DNA of 64,000 nucleotides from Candidatus Omnitrophota bacterium. Lineage in GTDB: Bacteria; Ratteibacteria; UBA8468; MWAK01. Positions 49,001 through 57,603 of the stretch are shown in pieces. A program made the translations under genes and the position numbers. The stretch is taken from assembly GCA_043797665.1 (NCBI GenBank), contig JAZDPL010000057.1, forward strand, positions 1 through 64,000, given 5' to 3'. How positions within the stretch are numbered: position 1 is the first letter of the stretch; each line of letters starts with the position of its first letter. Below the pieces are notes generated by a model, which was given only the letters and a program-made list of their open reading frames with translations, searched no databases and was not told the origin of the DNA.

Positions 49001-49915
49001 ATACATCACGGTCAGGCCGTCAGGTACTATTCCCATCTCAAAATTATCGTCATAATAAATCATGGAACTGTCTCTCATGCGGCTTGCCGTTACGAGTTTC
49101 TTTCCCACCGGATTTTTTGAACGCAAACCTATGTGGAGAGCGTTCTCATCATGGAAGAGAAAAACCTCGTTGCGCCGCGGAGAGAGTCTTTTCGTGGGGT
49201 CTTTGTCATCTACAAATCCCGTGAAGTGAGTTGCTCTTGACCATACCGGATCCTTTAAGTCCCCGGTTAACTCCGCCGGCGGCTTGAGATAAGGAATGAC
49301 AAGCGTTGTCGGTATATCCTCAACGGGTACTTGTTTTGCCGTTGGTTTGACTTCTCTGGCGCTGACCAAACGCATTTCTGCAGATAATGGCTGTCCTTCC
49401 TCAGGCTGCGCTGAAATCGAAAGCACAGATTTGCCGAGATGCGCAAGGTCGGTCAGGCGGCATTCATAGAAATACCATCTCCATTGGGGAGTAAGCGCCA
49501 TAAGGGAAGAGGAGGTGCTTCGCGCGAACTGGTATTTTTCCGGAGTACCTTCGTATTCAAAAATCCGTATTCGTATCATCCCTTTTCCGCGCGCCTCCAC
49601 TGCGACAAGAAATTTTTCGGTGGAAGGGATTTTCAGCAGGGGCGCGGTGAGATTCGCTGACTGTCCGGGAGGGATACGACCTTGGTTTGCAGAGAATACA
49701 AGAAACCGTTTCCCGGTATTTTCGTCTACCCCTAAGGCACAGTTGCTTCCGGATAATTCCACGTTCCAGTTTAACACGGGAGGTATTTGCGGCAGTGCGT
49801 TAAAATCGCCTGAAGGAATAAGTTGCTGGTTGTCCGCACGCAGGAATTGTCCGGTATTCAGAGTGAACCAGGTTACGCAAAGGCCTACGGCAGCATATTT
49901 CCATCCCTTTCTCAT
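46007..49915 (-). CDS. Large secreted multidomain GH-like protein (CBM-like + CBM9-like + DUF6067-like)
   Basis: Signal peptide, LIPSGDF module, GDLKDPVW...DDNFE...YQFIVNAAG...EMRIP module, then EYDGM, WFCESEENW, YTFGLQ, FHPYW. Confidence 0.7.
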   Translation of the reverse strand: MRKGWKYAAVGLCVTWFTLNTGQFLRADNQQLIPSGDFNALPQIPPVLNWNVELSGSNCALGVDENTGKRFLVFSANQGRIPPGQSANLTAPLLKIPSTEKFLVAVEARGKGMIRIRIFEYEGTPEKYQFARSTSSSLMALTPQWRWYFYECRLTDLAHLGKSVLSISAQPEEGQPLSAEMRLVSAREVKPTAKQVPVEDIPTTLVIPYLKPPAELTGDLKDPVWSRATHFTGFVDDKDPTKRLSPRRNEVFLFHDENALHIGLRSKNPVGKKLVTASRMRDSSMIYYDDNFEMGIVPDGLTVMYQFIVNAAGYLYDGTFDKTLFKNDWNGTETAAAKDADGYFCLEMRIPAKDMGLAEIRDGDIWRLTAVRNYRYEPIWFQDHLTPLKKGFADFERFARLRMAGDATAVDVACTGYASGRPFFSMALKNSAKESLFAGELTDIAENQALIPETVSPIPAGAAGMLAASLVYQENNAYRTDVRLEDTASDTPYAAMARDFSIARPLSLTADIDCVRQTMKVNINCAGLPAEEGEQLSGIIELEKKDDPNVLASAQISLSAGQESSVELPIGQTKDGIHLVDCTVRDGRGYLVAEAIEPVRMYKDMYWLNNGLGEEDVVPRPFTPPQYSEKEGVLSDRMHRVVLGTSVLPRQIFVGDTPLLAAPVEMTGVINGKTFRLSGELKRVNKTRKSSIEFASERNEDGIKSDVRLTFEYDGMLRVDVGLKGAKPMKLEKMQLSIPVRPEIADVLKNQGERRIEEGTTAKVGMLFLKDMEYAKEMYYTDVMGDGKESGFNKWNNKQFWPMIMLQNMDVGLCWFCESEENWSVGKDSDYFSLVKDAGKTELVVTVINLPVTVGSWKYTFGLQPFPGRPWDKAVEREMWGVRMEHYAEDAWGYNDMSEAAALHRQDANLMFVTNPPVGTFDIDNPYTRKMLIMDPWVVIHHAPDDADQRLIFRRVSDFWTRDNRRLFIYNNSSYTWFNSPEYKYFKNLWGMGGTPGQFWEWEMIEANRACRNWQDYWMYNFYHMLKRYPENFFSIDCSPVQCDDKEINGMGYTRNGKRYITYNIFETRRMYKRLYVVADELRENPIVLLSASGYWAPMTMSFCHITETGEEWRGWTRNQFEHPGRNLDYFRYSCASSIGPVRGFLPQVGYGTEREKNVHAEGIYLLHNLYFADVGMNAKFAQELYEVLKRIGIGFREDIAFHPYWKPMPAVTSGQKNFKISYWTRPGGAFLVLVNADWDHPSKGVISIDANALGVSAPAVSLFDPMINKVTPLQTAAPVKLETEIPAGLFQIILLENQDKK

Positions 49916-49970
49916 TTTTTCGAATCTCCCTGTAAGTGCATGTTACGCAATTCCTTCAGGCGAACCATCA

Positions 49971-50600
49971 TCAATTCCCAGTCTTTTCCTGCGGGTTGGT
50001 TTCGGTTGCACTTATGTCATCCAGAAACATATCAATGCCGCCGTTGCTACCGGGTTTAACCTGGATAGTGAATGCGGCTTTGTCCATGCCGGCAGGTACC
50101 GCAGAAAAATCCATGGTGGATATCTTCCATTCCGGCGTAGCCGTTATTTCATGCATACCGCAATTTCCCTTCCATGCGGGTGTACGCTGGGGTCCTTCGT
50201 ACTGATAGTAATGCAGAGTAATACGCAGGGAACCGTTTCCTTTGGCAGCAATGGAAAGAGAAACCGGTTTGACGGGTACTTTGGAAAGATATGCCCCGAC
50301 AATGTATTCTGCTTTTGGGTCGGCCTTGTCAACCTTAAGGTGGAGGCACTGTTCTCCGCCATGGCATAGCGCCGGATCGTCTACCAAAGACCATGCTTTC
50401 AGGTCATACCACGGGTCTAATCGTAGTCCCAGACTATCCACCCCCGCGAGCAGGTTCTTGAGGTCCTGACCAGCGTAATTCTCAAAATCGCCTGCAGAAA
50501 TCAGATCTTGTTCTGCCCTGCAAACGGTCGTCATCCAGGCAAAACCCAAGAGAGCAACCGTTGTAAATGCCAGAAAGACCTTTCTATTTATCTCTCGCAT
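49971..50600 (-). CDS. Secreted single-domain CBM-like (galactose-binding fold) protein
   Basis: Signal peptide (..VCRA/EQ), LISAGDFE, HGGEQCL, MFLDDIS typical of CBM4/9-like beta-sandwiches. GGAGG RBS. Confidence 0.65.
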   Translation of the reverse strand: MREINRKVFLAFTTVALLGFAWMTTVCRAEQDLISAGDFENYAGQDLKNLLAGVDSLGLRLDPWYDLKAWSLVDDPALCHGGEQCLHLKVDKADPKAEYIVGAYLSKVPVKPVSLSIAAKGNGSLRITLHYYQYEGPQRTPAWKGNCGMHEITATPEWKISTMDFSAVPAGMDKAAFTIQVKPGSNGGIDMFLDDISATETNPQEKTGN

Positions 50601-50616
50601 CTTCCCCTCCCTATGT

Positions 50617-53600
50617 CTATTCAGGTACTGCCTTCAAGCTGACGATGCCGTAGTTCTTTCTGCCGACCGGGACGTGCAGGGTATCACCGTATACTTGGAT
50701 GCCCCACTTGCTCCTCTCGTCAAAGGCAACGATGTGTTTGTTCTCCCATCCGTAGGATTTCGGATCTATTTTGAGCGTTACCTTACGGTCCTGTCCGCTG
50801 AAGTTGACGACGACAACCGTAATTCCGTCTTTCGTGCGATAGGCGGATACCTTGGAATCCTGGTCGCCGGTCGTCAGGCCGTTCTCTTCCCAGTAAGGCA
50901 GAAACTCGGCATCCGCCATACCTGTTCTGTCAACAATACTGAAGAATTCACTGATTGATTCGGGGTTCAGCGTGTACAAGGAAAAAGGTACATCGTGCAA
51001 CACGCACATCGCGATGATATTCTCCGTCGGCAGATTCTCCCGGGAAATCGGGTATATGCTGTTGACGGCAGGCTTGCCGTCAATTCCGGGAAGCAGGTGC
51101 AGGAGTACCTGCGGTACGCCGTACGGCTGCGCATTCATTTCCACGCGGTAAATATCAAGAGGCAGATAATCCATGTAGAACGTTCGTTTTGGTTCTTCTC
51201 CGTCCGCAGGCTTTACGAGATATCCATATTGTTCGCCCGGGTAAAAATAATCGCCCAGGCCGTGAATCGGCAGAATCAACAGGTTATGGGCGTGCAGCCA
51301 CAGGATACCTTCATCCCCCTTGTTTTTTCTGATAACCCGCAGGAGCCTCATTGCCAGGTCCCGCAGACCCAGTATGCAGTAACTGTATCCGCTGCGGCCG
51401 AATGCGTCATTGTAGAAGCCGCTGCCGTTGTACGGATTCTTTTGCCGGACGGGAGCGGTGTTGTCAACGTATATTCCTCCAATTCCTTTATTGTAAGCCG
51501 GATTGGAGAGCATCTGATCCGCCATATATGCGAGAAACGGAGACCATGAACCCGGGTCTGCACCCGTCATAGAGAATTTTTTCCCGTCACGCCTGGTCGT
51601 GTAGCCGCCGCCGGTGGCTCCCCTGCTGACCGGACCGGCTTTATTCTGCCATGCGGCAGCAAAAAAGTCCCAGACCGGGTTGTTGTCCGCGATTATCACG
51701 CCGGAAGTATACGGTAACGCCTTAATACCAAGGTGGTTGAGAATATCCAGCTTGACGTCAAGATTATTGAATCCGTCAGCCCGCTCCTGGAACTGGTCTC
51801 GCGGCCATTCCTGCGGCACAAACCAACTGATGTATTCAAAGGTGTAGTCGTAGCCGATACTCGTCATGTTTGCGTACGGTTCACGCGCCAGCGGTCCTGC
51901 AGTCGGCCGCATAAAACTCCGGTCTTTCCGCAGGGATTTCACCGGCGTTGCCTGGAATCCGAACGTGTATTCAAGGGGTTTCTTTACATCCGCCGGCTCT
52001 GACACGATTTCAAATCGCAGGAACGTCGTATCTCCATCCGGAACAAGACGGCAGGGTTTTGCACCTTCCGCGTAATTCCAGTTTTTATCACTCTCACAAA
52101 ACCAGTCAAAACCTGCCTTCAGATTTCCCACCCAGATATAGGGTATGAAATCCGTGGCAAGCGGGCTCTTTCCGTCCCAGATTGGCGTGGGCAGGGTACC
52201 GTTGGATACATAGGGATTGAACATCCCCGGATTCCGCATCCATTTGACGTATTCTGATTTCAGCGGAATATCAAGAACCAGCGATTCCACCCTCATTCCT
52301 TGAGTCGGGGGAATAATCTTTATGTTGGAAATAATAAGACCGTCAAATTCAACGCTGCCGGAGTATTCAAAATCAATAAGCCCGTCTTTTTTTCGCCCGC
52401 TGTAAAGGGCTTTTGCCGGTTTGCAATCCGTCCATTTTACCGGACCCTGCCCCAGCGCGTATTCTCCCGTGTCTGTTTTCAGCCGGAGTGAGATTGGACC
52501 GGAAAGCATCTCTTTTTCGTGATTTAATATCCCGGAGGGAAATGCTCCGTTGAGACGGTAAGACCTGCCCCAGCAGGTTACGGTGTCTGCTTCACATTTC
52601 AACGGTGTCCACGGTGAGGGTACTTCATTATCATTCCTGCCGAGGGAAGACCCGAGCCAGGGAGTTTTCGGTTTGAATATCTCTTTCGTATACTCAATCG
52701 GTTTCTCCATCCGCGGAGAAGTGAGCCGGGCGATAACTTTATAGTTTCCGTCCTCCCATGTTTGTCCGACAGGAAGCGACATTTCCATCCGCTTGTCTGC
52801 CTTCAGGGTTTGCGAGCCGGCCTTCTTTCCGGCCGGAGTCTGAAGAGCAATGTTAAATTGTACGTTTCCTGTTTCCAGAATATCGTACCATGCTGACGGC
52901 AGATTGTTCAGTTTTACCTGAAAGAGAAATTCCTTTTTTTCTATCAGGGGCACAAATTCAATATACATCGGCGGTTTTGATGAAACAACGGTATCATTTG
53001 TTGCAATTCCAACAGTCTTGTTATATCGCGCCAGGATTTCGCCTTCGGAAAGAGGCCTGTCCCATATTTCAACTTCGTCTATCAGGGTTGTTTCTTTTGT
53101 ATTATTGAACGGGCATCCCAGCCAGTTGTTGAGCGGTATCAGAGAAATTTTCCCTTTCTTAGACTCGGGTATTTCAACATCAAAAACAACTTTATTTTCA
53201 ATCTTTCCGTCAATATACAGCGCGAGTTCCTTGTCTTCTATGGTATCCCAGGTCGCATCAATCTTGTGCCATTTCCCGTCTTCTTTTGACCAGTCGGGAA
53301 CCCGCGCAACTGCACGTTGCCCTTCCGGAAGATATTTTGTGGACCACGCGTCGAACTTGAACATCGTATCTTCCGCTCTGCCGATATTAAACATCATATG
53401 AAAATCTTCACAATTGATTGAAAAAAAGGTTATGCGCCGGGTAAGATGGTTATCGCTCCACATGTACGGCCGGGACCAGAATGATATGGTTCCCCTCTGT
53501 GTGTTAAGATTACCCGCAAGGTCATAGTTGAGCGTTTCGCCCGGTTCCAGGCGCATTCCGGCACGTGAATATGCGCCCGGCGGCTGGCGGAGCATCAGGC

Positions 53601-53769
53601 TTCCTCCGAAATCCGATTTCGGACTTCCGGCTGATTCATCCGCCACCGTATCCCACTTGTCAAAAGAGACATAGAACAACCTCTTCGGCTTGCCCGTATC
53701 CGCAGCATGACATTGTTGAATCATAAACAGCGAAAGGACGATACAGATGACATGGAATCTCTTGAACAT
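50617..53769 (-). CDS. Secreted LamG-like + DUF6067-like putative glycoside hydrolase
   Basis: Signal peptide (..QCHA/AD), GTISFW, WHKIDATWD, LYIDG, IDEVEIWDRPLS (LamG), EFDG, WFCESDKNW, GIYVDN, FLPYW. Confidence 0.72.
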   Translation of the reverse strand: MFKRFHVICIVLSLFMIQQCHAADTGKPKRLFYVSFDKWDTVADESAGSPKSDFGGSLMLRQPPGAYSRAGMRLEPGETLNYDLAGNLNTQRGTISFWSRPYMWSDNHLTRRITFFSINCEDFHMMFNIGRAEDTMFKFDAWSTKYLPEGQRAVARVPDWSKEDGKWHKIDATWDTIEDKELALYIDGKIENKVVFDVEIPESKKGKISLIPLNNWLGCPFNNTKETTLIDEVEIWDRPLSEGEILARYNKTVGIATNDTVVSSKPPMYIEFVPLIEKKEFLFQVKLNNLPSAWYDILETGNVQFNIALQTPAGKKAGSQTLKADKRMEMSLPVGQTWEDGNYKVIARLTSPRMEKPIEYTKEIFKPKTPWLGSSLGRNDNEVPSPWTPLKCEADTVTCWGRSYRLNGAFPSGILNHEKEMLSGPISLRLKTDTGEYALGQGPVKWTDCKPAKALYSGRKKDGLIDFEYSGSVEFDGLIISNIKIIPPTQGMRVESLVLDIPLKSEYVKWMRNPGMFNPYVSNGTLPTPIWDGKSPLATDFIPYIWVGNLKAGFDWFCESDKNWNYAEGAKPCRLVPDGDTTFLRFEIVSEPADVKKPLEYTFGFQATPVKSLRKDRSFMRPTAGPLAREPYANMTSIGYDYTFEYISWFVPQEWPRDQFQERADGFNNLDVKLDILNHLGIKALPYTSGVIIADNNPVWDFFAAAWQNKAGPVSRGATGGGYTTRRDGKKFSMTGADPGSWSPFLAYMADQMLSNPAYNKGIGGIYVDNTAPVRQKNPYNGSGFYNDAFGRSGYSYCILGLRDLAMRLLRVIRKNKGDEGILWLHAHNLLILPIHGLGDYFYPGEQYGYLVKPADGEEPKRTFYMDYLPLDIYRVEMNAQPYGVPQVLLHLLPGIDGKPAVNSIYPISRENLPTENIIAMCVLHDVPFSLYTLNPESISEFFSIVDRTGMADAEFLPYWEENGLTTGDQDSKVSAYRTKDGITVVVVNFSGQDRKVTLKIDPKSYGWENKHIVAFDERSKWGIQVYGDTLHVPVGRKNYGIVSLKAVPE

Positions 53770-53808
53770 TTTTTCCCCCGGTTATTTTTGTTGCTGATTA
53801 GGTGAGAT

Positions 53809-54540
53809 CTACTTATCCGCTGGGTCCACAAAAATGGCGGAAAGTTCGGCGTGCCATTCCTGGGATGTGAGGTGCGCCTTGAACGAACCGGTTACGGAAA
53901 AGGAAACGTAGACGCCTCCTGTGTTATCAATGTAGCTGCCGGAATCTGCCATGACGTTACCGTTTTCATCCTCAATGCTGATTTTGATACGTCGTGAACC
54001 GCCCAGGGTATCCTTGGGGGTCGGTTCCACGCTGTCAACAAGATAGAAGCTTACTTTCCTCGCAAGCGTTTCAGAGGATGCCCTGAATGTAATCAACATT
54101 TGATTCCAGCCTACGGCGTCGTTGAGGTACGTCGTTATGAACGAATCATGCGGTGTAGCCCAATTTTCCGGATTGCTCGGTTCATACGTCGGCGGTATGA
54201 GGTATTTTGCGGTACGGCTCACACCATGGTTAACCTGCAGTTTGTTGCGTTCTCCGGGGGCTGCCGCAAACCCTGAAAAATCGCTCATAAAAAAACCATT
54301 TGCATCCTGTTTACCGGCAAGATTCGGATAACTTGCGCCGAGGTTGTTGATAACCTGTGCTCCCCATCCATCCGCACTTCCAAATACCGGCACATACGTA
54401 AAGAACGCCCCGGCATTCCCATATTTGCCTTTCCAGTTTCCTCCCGTCGTCCTGTCCAGCCCGATAAACGAAGCGTTTCCCGCCCAGCACGTCACTCCAA
54501 CAAACAACATCATCAGAACCACCATCATTATCTTTTTCAT
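53809..54540 (-). CDS. Secreted hypothetical protein (probable beta-rich module)
   Basis: Signal peptide (..TCWA/GN), GGAG RBS, DRTTGGNWKGKYG, VSFYLVD, LSAIFVD. Confidence 0.65.
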   Translation of the reverse strand: MKKIMMVVLMMLFVGVTCWAGNASFIGLDRTTGGNWKGKYGNAGAFFTYVPVFGSADGWGAQVINNLGASYPNLAGKQDANGFFMSDFSGFAAAPGERNKLQVNHGVSRTAKYLIPPTYEPSNPENWATPHDSFITTYLNDAVGWNQMLITFRASSETLARKVSFYLVDSVEPTPKDTLGGSRRIKISIEDENGNVMADSGSYIDNTGGVYVSFSVTGSFKAHLTSQEWHAELSAIFVDPADK

Positions 54541-54576
54541 ATTCCTCTCCCCCCAGTTTCCCTTCTTTGATACATT

Positions 54577-56817
54577 TCATTTTCTTTCTTCTACCGGCAC
54601 CAACTCCCATTTATCCACAAAAATATCAGGTACGTGCGCTTCATTGTCTACCGGCGCCACCCAGAAGGTAAGATTCTCTTCGAAGGGAGTCAATTCTCCA
54701 ATGACAATTTCCTGCCAGGCATCATTCCTCATTGTTACAGCATCCACGGTCACATTCAGAAGGTGTTTTTTGTTTGCGTCATCATAGACACCGGCACTGA
54801 ATGCTTTTCCGGTGTCGTCATTTTTCCGCACTTTCACGGTAAGGATTGCCCGGTACCTGACGTCGGGTTTGAATAATGTTCCCCGTTCTTTCCCCGGATG
54901 CCACTGTACGCTCCACTCTCCTCCCTTGTTCGGCTGGTACGTCGCCTTTCCGAGACTCGCTGTTGCATCGTCAACAATCTTCACCCACCACGGTTCGCAC
55001 GGCCACGGCCGGGCAAGACCGAAATCATACACTCCGGCAACGATGCCGCCGGGATAACGAGGAGCCGGCCGGTCACAGGTAAATTGTTTGATAAAATTTG
55101 CGAACGTCAATCCTCCTTCATTTATGAGAATGTAACCGGCTTTCCGTCCGGTCTCTGCAAAACTCAAAGCAGACGCCCGTTTATCTTTCTCGTTCAGAAC
55201 GCCGGTCATCAACCTCGCATACATGACCGGAAGATGTGCTATCGCCACGCGCAACTGCATATCACCGTTTTCATTCTTAACGCAATCTTCCGCCTCCTGA
55301 AAAAGTTTTTCCGCTTCCTGAAGGAATTCCGGCGTGAGATAGGGATTGTTCGGCGGAGAACCGATCTTCAGATGGAAATCCGGTACGTCCGTAATACGAT
55401 TGTGGAGCAGGCTTATGTATTTTCCTATCGGCTCTGCTGCTTTGCCGTAGTATGCATCAAGAAATTCTTTGATGAGATTATTGGTATCTGTTTTCGGATC
55501 CCACAGCAACCGTGCCAGAAGGTACGACCGCAACTCTGCAAATTCACCGCCGCCTGCTCCGATTGCCCAGCTTCCTTGTGCAAAAATACCTTTGACATTG
55601 TTTCGGACAAAGAACCTGAAATCAGGCGAAATCGTATACAGGTTCGGATGAGGAGCATAGAAATGGCCGAAATTGGCGGTGTAATACCAGACATAGATAC
55701 GGGGTGCTATTTTCGCCCATTCTTCAAGGTCGTTCTTGAGAGAAACATTTTCCGGACACGTTCCAATCGGATGCGAACAACATGCTTCAATGGTGCAGTA
55801 CCGGATGATGACATTTTCCCGTGGTTTCAGATGAAGGGGAGGGTTTCGTGAATACTGGTATGCGAGGGTATCAATGGAAACGTTGGGGAATTCTTTCGCG
55901 ACAGCATCGGCAATAGCATTGACAAACTGAAGAATCGGTCCGCTCTCCGTTCCTTCCCTGACTGTTATTTCACGGCATTTTTCACATTCACAGGGCCCGG
56001 AGCCGTCCATCTGCGAGACGCTGATGATATTTGCATCGGGATTTTTGCGAAGGACCTCTTTCACCCCGGTAATAGCTATTTTAAATACGTCGGGATTTGA
56101 GAGGCATAATTGACCGTTCTTTATACGTTTGCCGTTGACGAGAGAAAAATATTCCGGGTGCGTTTCAAAGTATTTTTCAGGCGGGACGAGAGAAAAAAAA
56201 GTATGCACAAAATAACCGGGAACATATATAATCTTACCGCCGTGTGCGGCATCCAGTTTGGGAACCGAGCCGTTTATTCTGTTGCGGGCAGCCCAGTCAG
56301 GGGTTTCCGCCTCAACATAATATGCTTCGCGGTATTCCAGGGGCGGGATAACGGTTCTGTGAATGTCAGGGAGGACAATGGTCTCTTTCTTCGGAACCCG
56401 GCTTTCCTTGTCGGAGAACCACCTGCAGCCGAGATAATCCTCAAGAAATTGGTAAACACCGTAGAGAGTTCCCCTTGGACTTCCTCCGGCAATGATTATT
56501 TTGTCCAGCGATGTCTCTATGCAGAATCCATCAGCGCCCAGTTTTGTACGGTCAATCTTCAGAGGAGAATTCCTTATATTACCAAGAAGGATTGCCTGTG
56601 AAGGTATCCGTCCGGTATCATTGACAATAGGCAGTTCCGTACCGCTTATTTCCTTAAGGTAACGTTGTAGTTCCTGTGCGGCACGGATTTCGGCAGGTTG
56701 AGCATTCTCCGGAATGACGATCGTATATTCGGAGATGTGTTTTGTGACCAACGTAACTTCGGCATGCGATATTGCGCAGGAAACAACAAACATTACTATA
56801 ACTGAAATATATTTCAT
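54577..56817 (-). CDS. Secreted DUF4838-like protein with GH20/GH67-type N-terminal domain
   Basis: Signal peptide, AAQELQRYLKEISG, RGTLYGVYQFLE..LGCRW, HPEYF, QLCLSNP, CECEKC, TLAY, YLLARLLWDP. Confidence 0.82.
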   Translation of the reverse strand: MKYISVIVMFVVSCAISHAEVTLVTKHISEYTIVIPENAQPAEIRAAQELQRYLKEISGTELPIVNDTGRIPSQAILLGNIRNSPLKIDRTKLGADGFCIETSLDKIIIAGGSPRGTLYGVYQFLEDYLGCRWFSDKESRVPKKETIVLPDIHRTVIPPLEYREAYYVEAETPDWAARNRINGSVPKLDAAHGGKIIYVPGYFVHTFFSLVPPEKYFETHPEYFSLVNGKRIKNGQLCLSNPDVFKIAITGVKEVLRKNPDANIISVSQMDGSGPCECEKCREITVREGTESGPILQFVNAIADAVAKEFPNVSIDTLAYQYSRNPPLHLKPRENVIIRYCTIEACCSHPIGTCPENVSLKNDLEEWAKIAPRIYVWYYTANFGHFYAPHPNLYTISPDFRFFVRNNVKGIFAQGSWAIGAGGGEFAELRSYLLARLLWDPKTDTNNLIKEFLDAYYGKAAEPIGKYISLLHNRITDVPDFHLKIGSPPNNPYLTPEFLQEAEKLFQEAEDCVKNENGDMQLRVAIAHLPVMYARLMTGVLNEKDKRASALSFAETGRKAGYILINEGGLTFANFIKQFTCDRPAPRYPGGIVAGVYDFGLARPWPCEPWWVKIVDDATASLGKATYQPNKGGEWSVQWHPGKERGTLFKPDVRYRAILTVKVRKNDDTGKAFSAGVYDDANKKHLLNVTVDAVTMRNDAWQEIVIGELTPFEENLTFWVAPVDNEAHVPDIFVDKWELVPVEERK

Positions 56818-56857
56818 GCGATGCCGCCAATATTTCAGGAAAACCGCATGGCACTAA

Positions 56858-57556
56858 TTACTGGGGACCGGCGTACCACAGAGAGTTTGTATTGCTCCTG
56901 AAATTATTAATATTGACCCAGTTCACATGCCCGTCTGCAAAGAGCGCGTTACAGCCGTTGCTGTGCCTCGGCGAAAGTCCCCCATAGAGATATCCTGCTC
57001 CCATATCATTCGCATCCCATGCCCAGGTGTATATGTTGAAAATGATTCCCACGTTACTATCGGCCACAAGGAAGCAATTCGTATTTACATTATCCAACTT
57101 CCTTGAACCGGGTATAGTATCCGTTCCAAATGCGAAGGGTGCGTAGGAAAGCGTATCCCCCATATTGACACCATAGGTCCACGTGTCCGCACGACCGCTG
57201 GGACATCTGAAATACTCCCGGCCAAAACAATCAGAGGAAATTGCTTTACCCAGATAGGGACTTACCGACTGATACCAGGGAAAGGTGCTGGGATGACTAC
57301 CCACCGGCAGGTAACCGTCGTTATCCTGCGAATACATAAAGAAAGCGAGCCCCAATTGCTTCAGGTTGTTCGTGCAATTTGCCGCTCTTGCTTTCTCCCG
57401 TGCCTGGTTGAGTGCCGGCAGTAACATCGCCGCCAGGATGGCGATGATGGCGATTACCACTAAAAGCTCGATTAAAGTGAATCCAATTCTGTATCTGGAC
57501 CACACATCTTGCCGCTTTTTGGGATTAACCATCCGTTTCAGTATTTTCTTAACCAT
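56858..57556 (-). CDS. Prepilin-type N-terminal cleavage/methylation protein (DUF1559-like, H-X9-DG), copy 2
   Basis: [59 protein letters not shown]. Confidence 0.93.
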   Translation of the reverse strand: MVKKILKRMVNPKKRQDVWSRYRIGFTLIELLVVIAIIAILAAMLLPALNQAREKARAANCTNNLKQLGLAFFMYSQDNDGYLPVGSHPSTFPWYQSVSPYLGKAISSDCFGREYFRCPSGRADTWTYGVNMGDTLSYAPFAFGTDTIPGSRKLDNVNTNCFLVADSNVGIIFNIYTWAWDANDMGAGYLYGGLSPRHSNGCNALFADGHVNWVNINNFRSNTNSLWYAGPQ

Positions 57557-57603
57557 TTTTCTCCTTTCCTCCTTACTAAGGAGTTTTCCCGACCGATATT
57601 CTA

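Noticed and set aside
45299..57556. Diversity-generating retroelement or shufflon acting on the two pilin genes
   Set aside because: No reverse transcriptase, recombinase or adenine-specific template/variable repeat pair was seen. The similarity fits ordinary paralogy.
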